Position numbers and translations under genes: made by a program | Notes under the pieces: model-generated | What the model was told of the DNA's origin: nothing | Databases searched by the model: none | Seen by the model: the letters and a program-made list of their open reading frames with translations, nothing else | IMG/VR virus record: IMGVR_UViG_2671180747_000017 | Direction: 5' to 3' (one strand) | Source: a virus | Taxonomy: Duplodnaviria; Heunggongvirae; Uroviricota; Caudoviricetes | DNA: 64,000 nt | In this document: positions 38,506 through 49,765 of the stretch, piece by piece | How the letters are laid out: each line of letters starts with the position of its first letter | How positions within the stretch are numbered: position 1 is the first letter of the stretch

Positions 38506-38733
38506 ATGTTTAAATCAGACGTAATTAATTTTTACGGTACGAAAGCCAAAGTAGCGAAAGCTGCTGGCGTTGACCCATCTGCTGTTTCTCAATGGCAAGA
38601 GCTGGTTCCTGAAGGTCGCGCGATGCGTCTACAGGAGGCATCTGGCGGCGAGCTTCAGTATGATCCCAAGGTTTATGACGAATATCGTAAGACGAAGCGG
38701 GCGGGGCGGTTGAACAATGAAAATCACTCCTGA
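38506..38733 (+). CDS. Cro/YdaS-like small HTH protein
   Basis: ATG 38506 with GGAGG RBS; contains VAKAAGVDPSAVSQWQ HTH-like segment. Confidence 0.7.
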   Translation: MFKSDVINFYGTKAKVAKAAGVDPSAVSQWQELVPEGRAMRLQEASGGELQYDPKVYDEYRKTKRAGRLNNENHS

Positions 38734-39238
38734 ACAGGCTCGTGAGGCTCTGGATGCCTGGATATGTCGACCAGGAATGACACAGGAGCAGGCGACGATA
38801 TTAATCACTGAAGCATTCTGGGCTTTGAAAGAGCGCCCGAACATCGATGTTCAGCGTGTCACAGATGAAGGTGGCGCGGTTGATCAGCGAGCGCTTGGCG
38901 TTAATCGAGTGAAGATATTCGAACGCTGGAAGGCTATCGACACCAGGGATAAGCGTGAAAAGTTCACGGCGCTAGTGCCTGCAATTATGGAGGCTATCCG
39001 GATTAATGATTTCAGGTTGTATCGTGAAATTAGTGACGGAAAAAGCATCACGTACATGATCGCCGGGTTAAACAAAGAATATGGCGATGTGGTGGAGTCC
39101 GGACTGCTTTTTGCTGATCCTGCCGTAGTGGATCGTGAAACTGACGAACTTATAGAAAAAGCAATTGCTTTCAAACTTGCGTATCGACAGCAATACCAAC
39201 AAAAAGCTGGATGGAATTATGAGCCTTCTTTTTGCTGA
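38717..39238 (+). CDS. YdaT-like prophage protein
   Basis: ORF track; position after the Cro-like gene as in Rac (racR-ydaS-ydaT). Confidence 0.6.
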   Translation: MKITPEQAREALDAWICRPGMTQEQATILITEAFWALKERPNIDVQRVTDEGGAVDQRALGVNRVKIFERWKAIDTRDKREKFTALVPAIMEAIRINDFRLYREISDGKSITYMIAGLNKEYGDVVESGLLFADPAVVDRETDELIEKAIAFKLAYRQQYQQKAGWNYEPSFC

Positions 39239-40184
39239 ACGCCCACTGGTTATAAACACACAGCTTGCGATGAAGATTGGCTTAAATGAAGCCATTGTGT
39301 TGCAGCAGTTGCATTACTGGTTGAGAGATACCAATTCCGGTATGGAATGTGATGGTGTTCGCTGGATTTACAACACAACGGAACAATGGCTGGAACAGTT
39401 CCCATTCTGGTCAGAGTCAACGTTAAAGCGCGCGTTTGCAAGTCTGAAAACGCTGGGGCTTTTGCGTTGTGAAAAGCTCAATAAATCAAAGCGCGATATG
39501 ACCAATTTCTACACGATCAACTACGGGAGCGAGCTTTTAGATGATGGCAAATTGAGCGAATCCATCGGTTCAAAATGCGCCGCTCCATCAGGTCAAAATG
39601 ACACGATGGAAGAGGTCAAAATGAAACGCTCCATTGGTTCAAAACGATCCAATGTCATCGGGTCAAAATGGCCTGATGATCTTACAGAGAATACAACAGA
39701 GATTACTACAGAGAATAAAAACACTTTTCGTCCGGAAGCTTCGCAACCGGACCCGCAGACGACTGAACAGGATTTTTTAACCCGGAACTCCGACGCGGTT
39801 GTGTTTAGTGCGAAAAAACGCCAGTGGGGTAGCAGGGAGGATTTGGCGTGTGCGCAGTGGATCTGGGGGCGGATCGTGGGCCTCTACGAACAGGCAGCCA
39901 GTGATGATGGCGAGATCATGAGACCAAAAGAGCCTAACTGGACTGTCTGGGCCAATGACGTGCGCACAATGCGGATGCTGGATGGCAGAAGCCACAGACA
40001 AATTTGCGAAATGTTTGGTCGGGTTCAGCGAGATCCATTCTGGGTAAAAAACATCATGAGCCCGTCAAAGCTCCGCGAAAAATGGGACGAACTGGTCATC
40101 CGCCTGGGACGTTCACCTGTACAGCGTTGTGTTAATCATATTTCTGAACCGGATACAGAAATTCCGCCTGGTTTCAGAGGATAA
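39219..40184 (+). CDS. Putative replication initiation protein (YdaU/O-like)
   Basis: Position after immunity genes; N-terminal HTH-like LAMKIGLNEAIVLQQLHYWL; start 39219 vs 39270 uncertain. Confidence 0.55.
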   Translation: MSLLFAERPLVINTQLAMKIGLNEAIVLQQLHYWLRDTNSGMECDGVRWIYNTTEQWLEQFPFWSESTLKRAFASLKTLGLLRCEKLNKSKRDMTNFYTINYGSELLDDGKLSESIGSKCAAPSGQNDTMEEVKMKRSIGSKRSNVIGSKWPDDLTENTTEITTENKNTFRPEASQPDPQTTEQDFLTRNSDAVVFSAKKRQWGSREDLACAQWIWGRIVGLYEQAASDDGEIMRPKEPNWTVWANDVRTMRMLDGRSHRQICEMFGRVQRDPFWVKNIMSPSKLREKWDELVIRLGRSPVQRCVNHISEPDTEIPPGFRG

Positions 40185-40224
40185 GTGTTGATTTCAGGTC
40201 ATGAGGTAATTTTAAGGGGGACTT

Positions 40225-40647
40225 GTGGCAAAAGTTTTTACACAAGAAGAGCGGGAAAAAATTAAAGGGCAGGTGGTGGAACTCGTGCGCCAGAGCGGTC
40301 GTGAGACGTTACGGCAACTGGAAGCTAAAACAGGTGCGACTAGATATCTGATGAGCGTTCTTGCCAGAGAGCAGGTAGCCAGTGGCGATGTATACAACTC
40401 CGGCTACGGGTTATTCCCGTCTGAACAGGCGCGTAAGGACTGGCAAAACGCCCGCAAAAAACTCTCGAGGGCAAAGGTGAAGAAACCTGCTGTGGTTGAT
40501 CCGGACCTTATCTGGTCATTACCTGACGGAGAAATACGCCGCTACGACAGTCGTCTAAACATAATCTGTCGCGAGTGCCGGAAGAGCGAAGTTATGCAGC
40601 GTGTTCTGACGTTTTATCAGGGGAATTATCGGGAGGTGATGCTGTGA
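40225..40647 (+). CDS. Hypothetical prophage protein (140 aa)
   Basis: GTG start with AAGGGGG RBS; basic protein. Confidence 0.5.
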   Translation: MAKVFTQEEREKIKGQVVELVRQSGRETLRQLEAKTGATRYLMSVLAREQVASGDVYNSGYGLFPSEQARKDWQNARKKLSRAKVKKPAVVDPDLIWSLPDGEIRRYDSRLNIICRECRKSEVMQRVLTFYQGNYREVML

Positions 40648-40877
40648 GTACATCGGCTACCATTCTCGACATGTGCTGTGGCAGTCGCATGCTCTGGTTC
40701 GATAAGAATGACGAATGGTCGATATTTAGCGATATCAGGAAAGAGGAACATTCGCTATGTGATGGACGTCACCCGATTATTAATCCCGACATTATCGCTG
40801 ATTTTCGTGCGCTGCCGTGGTTGTCTGCTTTGCATCAAAAGCAGACATTACCAGATTTAGACATCTGTTTCCGATAG
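40644..40877 (+). CDS. Small hypothetical protein (77 aa), GTG start overlapping the upstream stop
   Basis: GTGA start/stop overlap; [19 protein letters not shown]; identity unknown. Confidence 0.35.
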   Translation: MSTSATILDMCCGSRMLWFDKNDEWSIFSDIRKEEHSLCDGRHPIINPDIIADFRALPWLSALHQKQTLPDLDICFR

Positions 40878-40909
40878 CCCGTTCTGATGCTACACTTTTT
40901 GCTATTTTC

Positions 40910-41596
40910 ATGAACCTCATAAACACATTTATGACTGTTGCTGATTTCAAACGCCCCAAATTGGAGCTCCCAAACGGGGCAAAAAAACTATTACTGCACT
41001 CTTGCTGTGCTCCATGTTCCGGTGAAGTGATGGAGGCGCTTCAGGCCTCGGGAATCGACTACACCATCTTTTTCTACAACCCGAACATTCATCCTCAGAA
41101 AGAGTATTTAATTCGTAAGGATGAGAATATTCGCTTTGCTAAACAACACGGCGTGCCATTTATTGATGCTGATTACGACACAGACAACTGGTTTGAGCGA
41201 GCCAAAGGAATGGAATGGGAGCCTGAACGAGGGATCCGTTGTACCATGTGTTTTGACATGCGTTTTGAGCGGACTGCACTGTATGCCGCTGAAAATGGTT
41301 TCAGTGTGATCAGTAGCTCACTGGGCATTTCACGCTGGAAAAATATGCAGCAGGTTAACGACTGTGGACGGCGAGCCGTCGCGCATTATCCGGGCATGGT
41401 GTACTGGGATTATAACTGGCGAAAACAGGGCGGCTCTTCCCGCATGATTGAAATCAGCAAGCGCGAACAATTCTATCAGCAGGAATATTGTGGCTGCGTG
41501 TATTCACTGCGCGATACCAATCTACACCGCAAATCTCAGGGACGCCCTCTAATCAAAATTGGTCAACTGCACTACGGTAAGGAAGGACAGGAATGA
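40910..41596 (+). CDS. QueH-like (DUF208, epoxyqueuosine-reductase family) protein
   Basis: Hallmark [14 protein letters not shown]...FFYNPNIHP motif; start ATG 40910 or 40931. Confidence 0.7.
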   Translation: MNLINTFMTVADFKRPKLELPNGAKKLLLHSCCAPCSGEVMEALQASGIDYTIFFYNPNIHPQKEYLIRKDENIRFAKQHGVPFIDADYDTDNWFERAKGMEWEPERGIRCTMCFDMRFERTALYAAENGFSVISSSLGISRWKNMQQVNDCGRRAVAHYPGMVYWDYNWRKQGGSSRMIEISKREQFYQQEYCGCVYSLRDTNLHRKSQGRPLIKIGQLHYGKEGQE

Positions 41597-41675
41597 TTTT
41601 ATATTATGCCAACGGAGCGTAGCAGTGTTTCTATATATAGTACGCCTACCTTAATTTTCAAATAATCATGATTAA

Positions 41676-41710
41676 TGAGCAGGTCATCAGTGCAAGCAAT
41701 GACCTGCTCA
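41676..41710 (+). terminator. 12-bp perfect inverted repeat hairpin (TGAGCAGGTCAT ... ATGACCTGCTCA)
   Basis: Read directly about 80 bp after the QueH-like stop; weak U-tract. Confidence 0.45.
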
Positions 41711-42208
41711 TCTTGTTGAAATTAGAGGAAATCTTGCAGCCATGATATGGCTTAAAATAACGTTTGATTATTTTACCTGCTGTTTGTCCCTGGTTTAAAG
41801 TCGGTTGTCTGATTTGATTACGCGCAACTGACGCTTACGTATTGAAGTAACGAGCACGAAGACACATATTTATCAGTGCCTGTATACGTCAAGAGCAGGA
41901 GATTTATGTGCTGGTTCTCAAATGCACGCTGGCTATTGTGGCTGTAATGGCAATTTATTGTCTTGTTATTGTTCTTATGGATCACCTTTCTGATTGATTT
42001 CATATTGGCGAGGTAACGGTAGTTAAGTAGAATGGCTGCGGGTGCTTGAGGCTATCTGCCTCGGGCATGAACACCAACGGCAGATAGAGAAAAGCCCCAG
42101 TTAACATTACGCGTCCTGCAAGACGCTTAACATTAATCTGAGGCCAATTTCATGCTAGACACATGTAGGTTAGCCTCTTACGTGCCGAAAGGCAAGGAGA
42201 AGCAGGCT

Positions 42209-42364
42209 ATGAAGCAGCAAAAGGCGATGTTAATCGCCCTGATCGTCATCTGTTTAACCGTCATAGTGACGGCACTGGTAACGAGGAAAGACCTCTGCGA
42301 GGTACGAATCCGAACCGGCCAGACGGAGGTCGCTGTCTTCACAGCTTACGAACCTGAGGAGTAA
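42209..42364 (+). CDS. hokD: Hok/Gef-family membrane toxin
   Basis: MKQQKAMLIALIVICLTVIVTALVTRKDLCEVRIRTGQTEVAVFTAYEPEE recognised as a Hok-family toxin; internal start of the track ORF. Confidence 0.9.
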   Translation: MKQQKAMLIALIVICLTVIVTALVTRKDLCEVRIRTGQTEVAVFTAYEPEE

Positions 42365-42434
42365 GAGACCCGGCGAGGGAGAAATCCCTCGCCACCTCTG
42401 ATGTGGCAGGCATCCTCAACGCACCCGCACTTAA

Positions 42435-42459
42435 CCCGCTTCGGCGGGTTTTTGTTTTT
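42435..42459 (+). terminator. Rho-independent terminator after hok (CCCGC-TTCG-GCGGG plus T-run)
   Basis: Read directly. Confidence 0.75.
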
Positions 42460-42580
42460 ATTTTCAACGCGTTTGAAGTTCTGGACGGTGCCGGAATAGA
42501 ATCAAAAATACTTAAGTAGCGCGCAGGGATAAGAGGGATGGTCCCTTAAAGGGGAGAGCTAATTATCCGGAAGGATTCTG

Positions 42581-42832
42581 ATGATGAACATCGAAGAACT
42601 GCGTAAAATTTTTTGTGAAGATGGCCTCTATGCTGTGTGCGTTGAAAATGGAAACATTGTTAGTCATTACCGCATTCTGTGTTTGCGAAAGAATGGGGCT
42701 GCGTTAATTAATTTTGTGGATGCTCGGGTCACGGACGGATTTATCTTGCGCGAAGGTGAGTTTGTCACTTCATTACAGGCACTGAAAGAGATCGGAATAA
42801 AAGCAGGCTTTTCAGCTTTTGCAGAAGAATAA
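42581..42832 (+). CDS. rem: Rem-like small prophage protein
   Basis: 83-aa MMNIEELRKIFCEDGLYAVCVENG... recalled as Qin Rem; synteny hok-rem-ydfU-Q. Confidence 0.65.
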   Translation: MMNIEELRKIFCEDGLYAVCVENGNIVSHYRILCLRKNGAALINFVDARVTDGFILREGEFVTSLQALKEIGIKAGFSAFAEE

Positions 42833-42898
42833 ACTCATCTACAATCTTGCGCGGGGCTGAACTCCCGCTGAGTAACACCGTGCCACCGGAGAAAACCG

Positions 42899-43177
42899 AT
42901 GGCACGCAACGTAAAATATTACAATTCTGATAATTCGCCCGTTCTTGTCTGCACGCACGAGCGGTATTCTCACGCATTCAAGTCTGAATGGTTCCAACAC
43001 CCTCCATGCACTGAAGAGCAGGCTGAATGGATAATTCAGTGTTACCGCAGGCGCGGATACGAGGTTAAGAAAGCCCTTAGCCTCGACTACCGTCACTGGA
43101 TAATCTCAGTCAGATTGCCTTACTCCGAACGCCCACCACGTGCGTCCCGCACTTTCCAGCAACGGATCTGGAGGTAA
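42899..43177 (+). CDS. Hypothetical prophage protein (92 aa)
   Basis: ORF track; immediately upstream of the DUF968 gene. Confidence 0.45.
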   Translation: MARNVKYYNSDNSPVLVCTHERYSHAFKSEWFQHPPCTEEQAEWIIQCYRRRGYEVKKALSLDYRHWIISVRLPYSERPPRASRTFQQRIWR

Positions 43178-43178
43178 C

Positions 43179-44228
43179 GTGCGGGTATTACTTAGACCTG
43201 TTCTGGTGCCTGAGCTTGGGCTGGTGGTCCTTAAGCCGGGCCGTGAATCCATACAGATATTTCATAATCCTCGAGTGCTGGTGGAACCGGAACCAAAAAG
43301 CATGCGTAATCTGCCATCCGGAGTCGTTCCTGCCGTTCGCCAGCCGCTGGCGGAAGACAAAACATTGCTGCCGTTTTTTAGTAACGAACGGGTGATTCGT
43401 GCTGCTGGCGGCGTTGGCGCATTGTCTGACTGGCTATTACGTCATGTTACATCCTGCCAGTGGCCTAATGGCGATTACCATCACTCTGAAACAGTCATTC
43501 ACCGTTATGGTACCGGCGCAATGGTGTTGTGTTGGCACTGCGACAACCAACTGCGTGACCAGACATCGGAATCACTGGATCTGCTTGCTCAACAAAATCT
43601 GACAGCATGGGTGATTGACGTCATCCGTCACGCAATAAGCGGTACGCAGGAACGTGAATTATCTCTGGCTGAATTATCCTGGTGGGCGGTCCGCAATCAG
43701 GTGGCGGACGCGCTACCGGAAGCGGTATTACGTCGTTCGCTGGGATTACCAGCGGAAAAAATCTGCTCGGTGTACCGCGAGAGCGACATCGTACCGGGAG
43801 AGCAGACCGCCACCAGCATATTGAAACAACGCACAAAAAATCTTGCACCGTTGCCTTACGCCCACCAGCAACAAAAACTACCACAGGAAAAGACGGTGGT
43901 AAGCATCACCGTTGATCCAGAGTCTCCGGAATCTTTCATGAAGCTGCCTAAACGTCGCCGCTGGGTTAAGGAGAAATACACACGTTGGGTTAAGACACAG
44001 CCGTGTGCTTGCTGCGGTATGCCAGCCGACGATCCGCATCATCTGATTGGTCACGGGCAGGGCGGAATGGGAACAAAAGCACATGATCTCTTTGTGTTGC
44101 CTTTGTGCAGAAAGCATCACAACGAGCTGCATAGGGATACAGTGGCATTTGAAGAGAAGTATGGCTCCCAACTGGAGCTGATATTTCGTTTTATCGATCG
44201 CGCGCTGGCAATTGGCGTACTGGCGTAA
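43179..44228 (+). CDS. ydfU: DUF968-family prophage protein (YdfU-like), C-terminal HNH/zinc-finger-like motif
   Basis: GTG start with GGAGG RBS; CACCGMPADDPHHLIGHGQGGMGTKAHDLFVLPLCRKHHNELH. Confidence 0.7.
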   Translation: MRVLLRPVLVPELGLVVLKPGRESIQIFHNPRVLVEPEPKSMRNLPSGVVPAVRQPLAEDKTLLPFFSNERVIRAAGGVGALSDWLLRHVTSCQWPNGDYHHSETVIHRYGTGAMVLCWHCDNQLRDQTSESLDLLAQQNLTAWVIDVIRHAISGTQERELSLAELSWWAVRNQVADALPEAVLRRSLGLPAEKICSVYRESDIVPGEQTATSILKQRTKNLAPLPYAHQQQKLPQEKTVVSITVDPESPESFMKLPKRRRWVKEKYTRWVKTQPCACCGMPADDPHHLIGHGQGGMGTKAHDLFVLPLCRKHHNELHRDTVAFEEKYGSQLELIFRFIDRALAIGVLA

Positions 44229-44241
44229 GTGGAGAACGAGC

Positions 44242-44994
44242 ATGAACCTTGAAGCCTTACCAAAATATTACTCCCCAAAATCTCCAAAATTGAGCGATGA
44301 CTCTCCAGCGACAGGCACCGGTTGTTTAACAATTACGGATGTAATGGCAGCGCAGGGGATGGTGCAGTCGAAAGCACCACTTGGGTTGGCCTTATTTCTG
44401 GCAAAAGTTGGTGTTCAGGACCCTCAGTTTGCGATTGAAGGCCTGCTAAATTACGCGATGGCACTGGATAACCCGACATTGAACAAATTGAGTGAAGAAA
44501 TCCGGTTACAGATTATTCCTTACCTCGTGAGTTTTGCCTTTGCTGATTACTCCAGGTCTGCGGCAAGTAAGGCTCGCTGTGAGCATTGTTCAGGTACGGG
44601 ATTTTATAATGTATTGCGCGAAGTGGTGAAACACTACAGACGCGGGGAATCTGTAATCAAGGAAGAATGGGTGAAGGAACTATGTCAGCATTGCCATGGT
44701 AAGGGCGAAGTCAGCACAGCGTGCAGAGGGTGTAAGGGTAAAGGGATTGTTCTGGATGAAAAAAGAACCCGGTTTCATGGCGTACCGGTATATAAGATTT
44801 GTGGGCGTTGTAATGGAAACCGGTTTAGTCGTTTACCGACCACGCTGGCACGACGTCATGTCCAGAAGCTGGTACCAGACCTGACCGATTATCAGTGGTA
44901 TAAGGGGTATGCGGACGTCATTGATAAACTGGTAACAAAGTGCTGGCAGGAAGAAGCATACGCGGAAGCGCAATTGAGGAAGGTGACGAGATAA
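44242..44994 (+). CDS. Late-gene antiterminator Q
   Basis: Zn-binding CEHCSGTG...CQHCHGKG...CRGCKGKG; upstream of the lysis cassette. Confidence 0.85.
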   Translation: MNLEALPKYYSPKSPKLSDDSPATGTGCLTITDVMAAQGMVQSKAPLGLALFLAKVGVQDPQFAIEGLLNYAMALDNPTLNKLSEEIRLQIIPYLVSFAFADYSRSAASKARCEHCSGTGFYNVLREVVKHYRRGESVIKEEWVKELCQHCHGKGEVSTACRGCKGKGIVLDEKRTRFHGVPVYKICGRCNGNRFSRLPTTLARRHVQKLVPDLTDYQWYKGYADVIDKLVTKCWQEEAYAEAQLRKVTR

Positions 44995-45103
44995 ATGATT
45001 TTTGCTGAAGATGGCGACATGATGTTTGCATTTTTCAAAAAACATGGATAAGATTTTCTCAACGATGGGCTTTGTGTATCCGACGTTTAGAAAAAAGTAG
45101 AAA

Positions 45104-45125
45104 ACCCGCTGATAAGCGGGTTTTT
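45104..45125 (+). terminator. tR'-like rho-independent terminator downstream of Q
   Basis: ACCCGCT-GATA-AGCGGGT stem then TTTTT, about 110 bp after the Q stop. Confidence 0.7.
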
Positions 45126-45669
45126 GTGCTTTAAATGGGGCAATAGAGATATTGAATCTCATCCCGGGATAAACATTGGGAGTTGAAGGTCCACGCGAAC
45201 CATTTATCCGGCAAAATTCCACGCGTAATCCTGTGGTAATTTCTTCTGCATCTCGAAGATTGAGAGCTGAAACGTGAAGCTGGGCATCGATACGCCATCG
45301 GATGGGAATATAAGACCTTTGCTGCTTTTGTAGTCAAAGTTTTTGACAATTCCTGTCATTTTAGGGGACAGAAAAACTCCTTAATACTGATAACCTGGTG
45401 CACCATACACACGTTCCTGGAGAAAACTACTTTGTTGATAGGGTTGAAGGTGTCTGGATGTCTAAAATAAACATTGCTTCATATGTTCAACTATGAGTTA
45501 ATGACTGCGTCGGTTTGAAGAACAGACGATATACGAAGTAGTTTACTAAAGCAGTTCTCATTTCAGGTGTTATTCACTTATTCCTTCTTTGAGTCTCTCC
45601 AATTAAGTACGAAGTCGTTTCTGTTATGCAAACCATTTATGCCGAAAGGCTCAAGTTAAGGAATGTAGA

Positions 45670-45885
45670 ATGTCAAATAAAATGACTGGTTTAGTAAAAT
45701 GGTTTAACGCTGATAAAGGTTTCGGCTTTATTTCTCCTGTTGATGGTAGTAAAGATGTGTTTGTGCATTTTTCTGCGATTCAGAATGATAATTATCGAAC
45801 CTTATTTGAAGGTCAAAAGGTTACCTTCTCTATAGAGAGTGGTGCTAAAGGTCCTGCAGCAGTAAATGTCATCATTACTGATTAA
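45670..45885 (+). CDS. cspB: Cold-shock protein (CspA family)
   Basis: [23 protein letters not shown]...VFVHFSAI canonical CSD; Qin-like position after Q. Confidence 0.8.
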   Translation: MSNKMTGLVKWFNADKGFGFISPVDGSKDVFVHFSAIQNDNYRTLFEGQKVTFSIESGAKGPAAVNVIITD

Positions 45886-46166
45886 AATTCATCGCTCGTC
45901 TGTATACGATAACGAAGAAGGCTGATGCCTGAGTAGAGATACGGACAGAGTAGTGAATATTGGATTTCTTTAATAAAAATTAAGGAGGTCCAATACATGA
46001 AACAATGGCCAGCATATTTGGCAAAATCTTAATCAGGAAAAGTATGCTAACCATTGTGGTGAAGTGCAGGTTTGCTGCATGAATAGTTTTACAGCAGAAG
46101 CTAACTGCTGGCATGGCAAAACAAAGTGCGTAAGTGGATGACTCCCACAAAAAGCACCACAATCTC

Positions 46167-46190
46167 AAACCCGCTCAGGCGGGTTTTTTA
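46167..46190 (+). terminator. Rho-independent terminator (CCCGC-TCAG-GCGGG plus T-run)
   Basis: Read directly; near-identical architecture to the hok and tR'-like terminators. Confidence 0.6.
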
Positions 46191-46247
46191 TTATCTGCTT
46201 TAAATATATTATTAAAATATAAAAATACTTGTTACTAATAAAATCAA

Positions 46248-46418
46248 TCAGGCTACAGCTTTAAGATTTGTCTGGAATACTTTGTTGCAATGAGGGCAGA
46301 TCAAAAGGGCACCTTTTTGTACTCTTGAAAAACTGTGTTCTGACTCTTGGGTGCAGTTTGGGCAGGAACATTTAACGAGATAATTACGGCGTGATTTTGA
46401 GTCTTTACGTTCTGACAT
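46248..46418 (-). CDS. Small zinc-ribbon protein (56 aa)
   Basis: Start refined to MSERKDSKSRR; CSCPNC...CPHCNK four-Cys motif. Confidence 0.5.
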   Translation of the reverse strand: MSERKDSKSRRNYLVKCSCPNCTQESEHSFSRVQKGALLICPHCNKVFQTNLKAVA

Positions 46419-46637
46419 AGGCTTTTCCTGTATAAATGGCCGTATACAGTACACTAAATATGAAAACATTTCTCGTATTATTATTTTATATATGACTTTC
46501 TTTCAAAATAATTACTCACATTTTTAATGTGTATGTTTCTTTAGCGCCGTTGAGAACAACGTGTGCTGTCAAAACTACCCCGTAGACTCCGATCTTTTCA
46601 AACATATTGCACCATCCGTGTACATCGGGGTGAGGAT

Positions 46638-46853
46638 ATGAAATCAATGGATAAGTTAACAACAGGTGTTGCCTATGGCACATCGGCGGGTAATGCTGGT
46701 TTCTGGGCATTGCAGTTACTCGATAAAGTAACTCCGTCACAGTGGGCTGCAATCGGTGTGCTGGGTAGCCTGGTTTTTGGCCTGCTGACGTATCTGACAA
46801 ATCTTTATTTCAAGATTAAAGAAGACAGGCGTAAGGCTGCGAGAGGAGAGTAA
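46638..46853 (+). CDS. Class II holin (phage 21 S-type pinholin-like), dual-start motif MKSM
   Basis: [28 protein letters not shown]...[35 protein letters not shown] resembles S21; two in-frame Met separated by Lys-Ser. Confidence 0.85.
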   Translation: MKSMDKLTTGVAYGTSAGNAGFWALQLLDKVTPSQWAAIGVLGSLVFGLLTYLTNLYFKIKEDRRKAARGE

Positions 46854-46857
46854 TCCA

Positions 46858-47165
46858 ATGACTCAAGACTATGAACTGGTTGTGAAAGGAGTCCGTAATT
46901 TTGAGAATAAAGTTACGGTAACTGTAGCCTTACAGGACAAAGAACGCTTTGACGGTGAAATTTTTGGCCTGGATGTCGCCATGGACCGTGTTGAAGGAGC
47001 TGCGCTGGAGTTTTATGAGGCAGCAGCCAGAAGGAGCGTCCGGCAAGTCTTCCTGGAAGTAGCAGAAAAATTGTCAGAAAAAGTTGAGTCTTATCTGCAG
47101 CATCAGTACTCCTTTAAGATTGAAAATCCTGCCAATAAGCACGAGCGTCCTCATCATAAATATAT

Positions 47166-47169
<4 letters not shown>
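46858..47169 (+). CDS. YdfR-like (DUF1327) protein
   Basis: ORF track; position between holin and endolysin. Confidence 0.55.
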
Positions 47170-48193
<1,024 letters not shown>

Positions 48194-48554
48194 GGTAATA
48201 TTAAATCGGAACATTTACATCGCGGAATGTAAAATTTAAATAAAAAGGACTCTTCCATGAGCCAAAATTCCTGAAATCTTAAGGGTAAGATAAAAGGTCT
48301 TAATCAGAATGACACGTTTTATTAATAAATAAAGCTATTCTTTCATTGCTGTGTTTTTCTTTACAAAAGTAATCCTTGCTATGGGTGGTTAATCATGCGT
48401 TAATGGTGTTCTGGTTTGTTACAAATTTATCTGAAGCAGTCATTGTTATAATTTTATTATTTGTACCTCTTGAGATTTCCTTGTTGGTTTTTCTCTCTGA
48501 TATTTTTTTCGGACCATTCTGCCCAAGGGCTAATTTCTTCAAAAGGTAATAATT

Positions 48555-48767
48555 ATGTCTAACAAAATGACTGGTTTAGTGAAATGGTTTAACCCTGAAA
48601 AAGGTTTTGGTTTCATCACGCCGAAAGATGGCAGCAAAGATGTGTTTGTCCATTTCTCAGCAATTCAGAGCAACGATTTCAAAACATTAACTGAGAATCA
48701 GGAAGTTGAATTTGGTATTGAGAACGGACCTAAAGGTCCTGCCGCTGTTCATGTAGTGGCGCTTTGA
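48555..48767 (+). CDS. cspI: Cold-shock protein (CspA family)
   Basis: [37 protein letters not shown]...; Qin-like position after the lysis genes. Confidence 0.8.
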   Translation: MSNKMTGLVKWFNPEKGFGFITPKDGSKDVFVHFSAIQSNDFKTLTENQEVEFGIENGPKGPAAVHVVAL

Positions 48768-48973
48768 GGTAGACAATATTACAAACCATATTCACTTTAG
48801 ATGCCCGTGTTGTCATGGTTCCCAGTATAGAACATCATCTTTTGATGTTTCTGACATGAATCCTTTCGGGGCAAAATGTATCTTTTGTAAATCAATGATG
48901 ATTACATTTGATAATATTTCACAATACTTAAATGCCAGCCGTCTGTCGTTGGATTTAAAAAAGTGAAAATGAA

Positions 48974-48995
48974 GGCTCCTTCGGGAGCTTTTTTG
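48974..48995 (+). terminator. Rho-independent terminator (GGCTCC-TTCG-GGAGC plus T-run)
   Basis: Read directly downstream of cspI. Confidence 0.6.
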
Positions 48996-49038
48996 CTTGG
49001 TGTCTATTCGATGGATACTCACATACTACGGTAACATC

Positions 49039-49269
49039 ATGAAAAAAATCATAGTTTTTTTTAACTCTGAACCAGCAGTGGTAGTGCCAGCGATGACTGG
49101 AGTTAACACCATCATGCGTGAATATCCAAATGGCGAAAAAACACACCTTACTGTAATGGCCGCAGGGTTTCCATCTCTGACCGGAGATCATAAAGTCATT
49201 TATGTAGCCGCGGATCGACATGTCACTTCAGAAGAAATTCTGGAAGCAGCAATAAGGCTCTTGAGTTGA
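49039..49269 (+). CDS. Hypothetical small protein (76 aa)
   Basis: Internal start MKKIIVFFNSEPAVV of the track ORF. Confidence 0.45.
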   Translation: MKKIIVFFNSEPAVVVPAMTGVNTIMREYPNGEKTHLTVMAAGFPSLTGDHKVIYVAADRHVTSEEILEAAIRLLS

Positions 49270-49437
49270 TTTGATGCTATTGCATTGATAATTCAGGAAA
49301 ATTCTCTTTGTCTGTTTGTGTAAAATTTAGACTATCGTATGTTGATTATTGCGATGTTTCATCTTATCTTTTACACGTTTGCACCATATAATCGACTTAC
49401 TGTGTAACTGGAAAGTCATAACAGACTAAAAGAGGAA

Positions 49438-49614
49438 ATGATGAATATTGAAGACTTAAAAACAAAAGCAGAAGCAGATATTTCTGAATATATAACAAAA
49501 AAAATTATTGAACTTAAGAAAAAGACCGGGAAAGAAGTTACCAGTATTCAGTTTACCGCACGGGAAAAAATGACGGGTCTTGAAAGCTATGATGTCAAGA
49601 TTAATTTAATCTGA
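49438..49614 (+). CDS. gnsB: GnsB-like small protein (about 58 aa), not in ORF track
   Basis: AGAGGA RBS; MMNIEDLKTKAEADISEYITKKIIELKKKTGKEVTSIQFTAREKMTGLESYDVKINLI read by eye; resembles GnsA/GnsB. Confidence 0.55.
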   Translation: MMNIEDLKTKAEADISEYITKKIIELKKKTGKEVTSIQFTAREKMTGLESYDVKINLI

Positions 49615-49765
49615 TGTATTCAATAATAAAATTTATCCATAAACCTCGTTTTTACGGGGTTTTGTTATATTTGAATGGTTCCGAATATCTAAATCACAAT
49701 TGTTGATGGTTTTTATTAAACCAATGCAGTCCGGCTCAGGAGTGAGAGAAGCCGGACGTTATGGT

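Noticed and set aside
48757-48966. Open frame encoding a CxxC...CxxC zinc-ribbon-like peptide downstream of cspI
   Set aside because: No ATG/GTG/TTG start before the first Cys pair and no RBS; possibly a decayed gene, not called.
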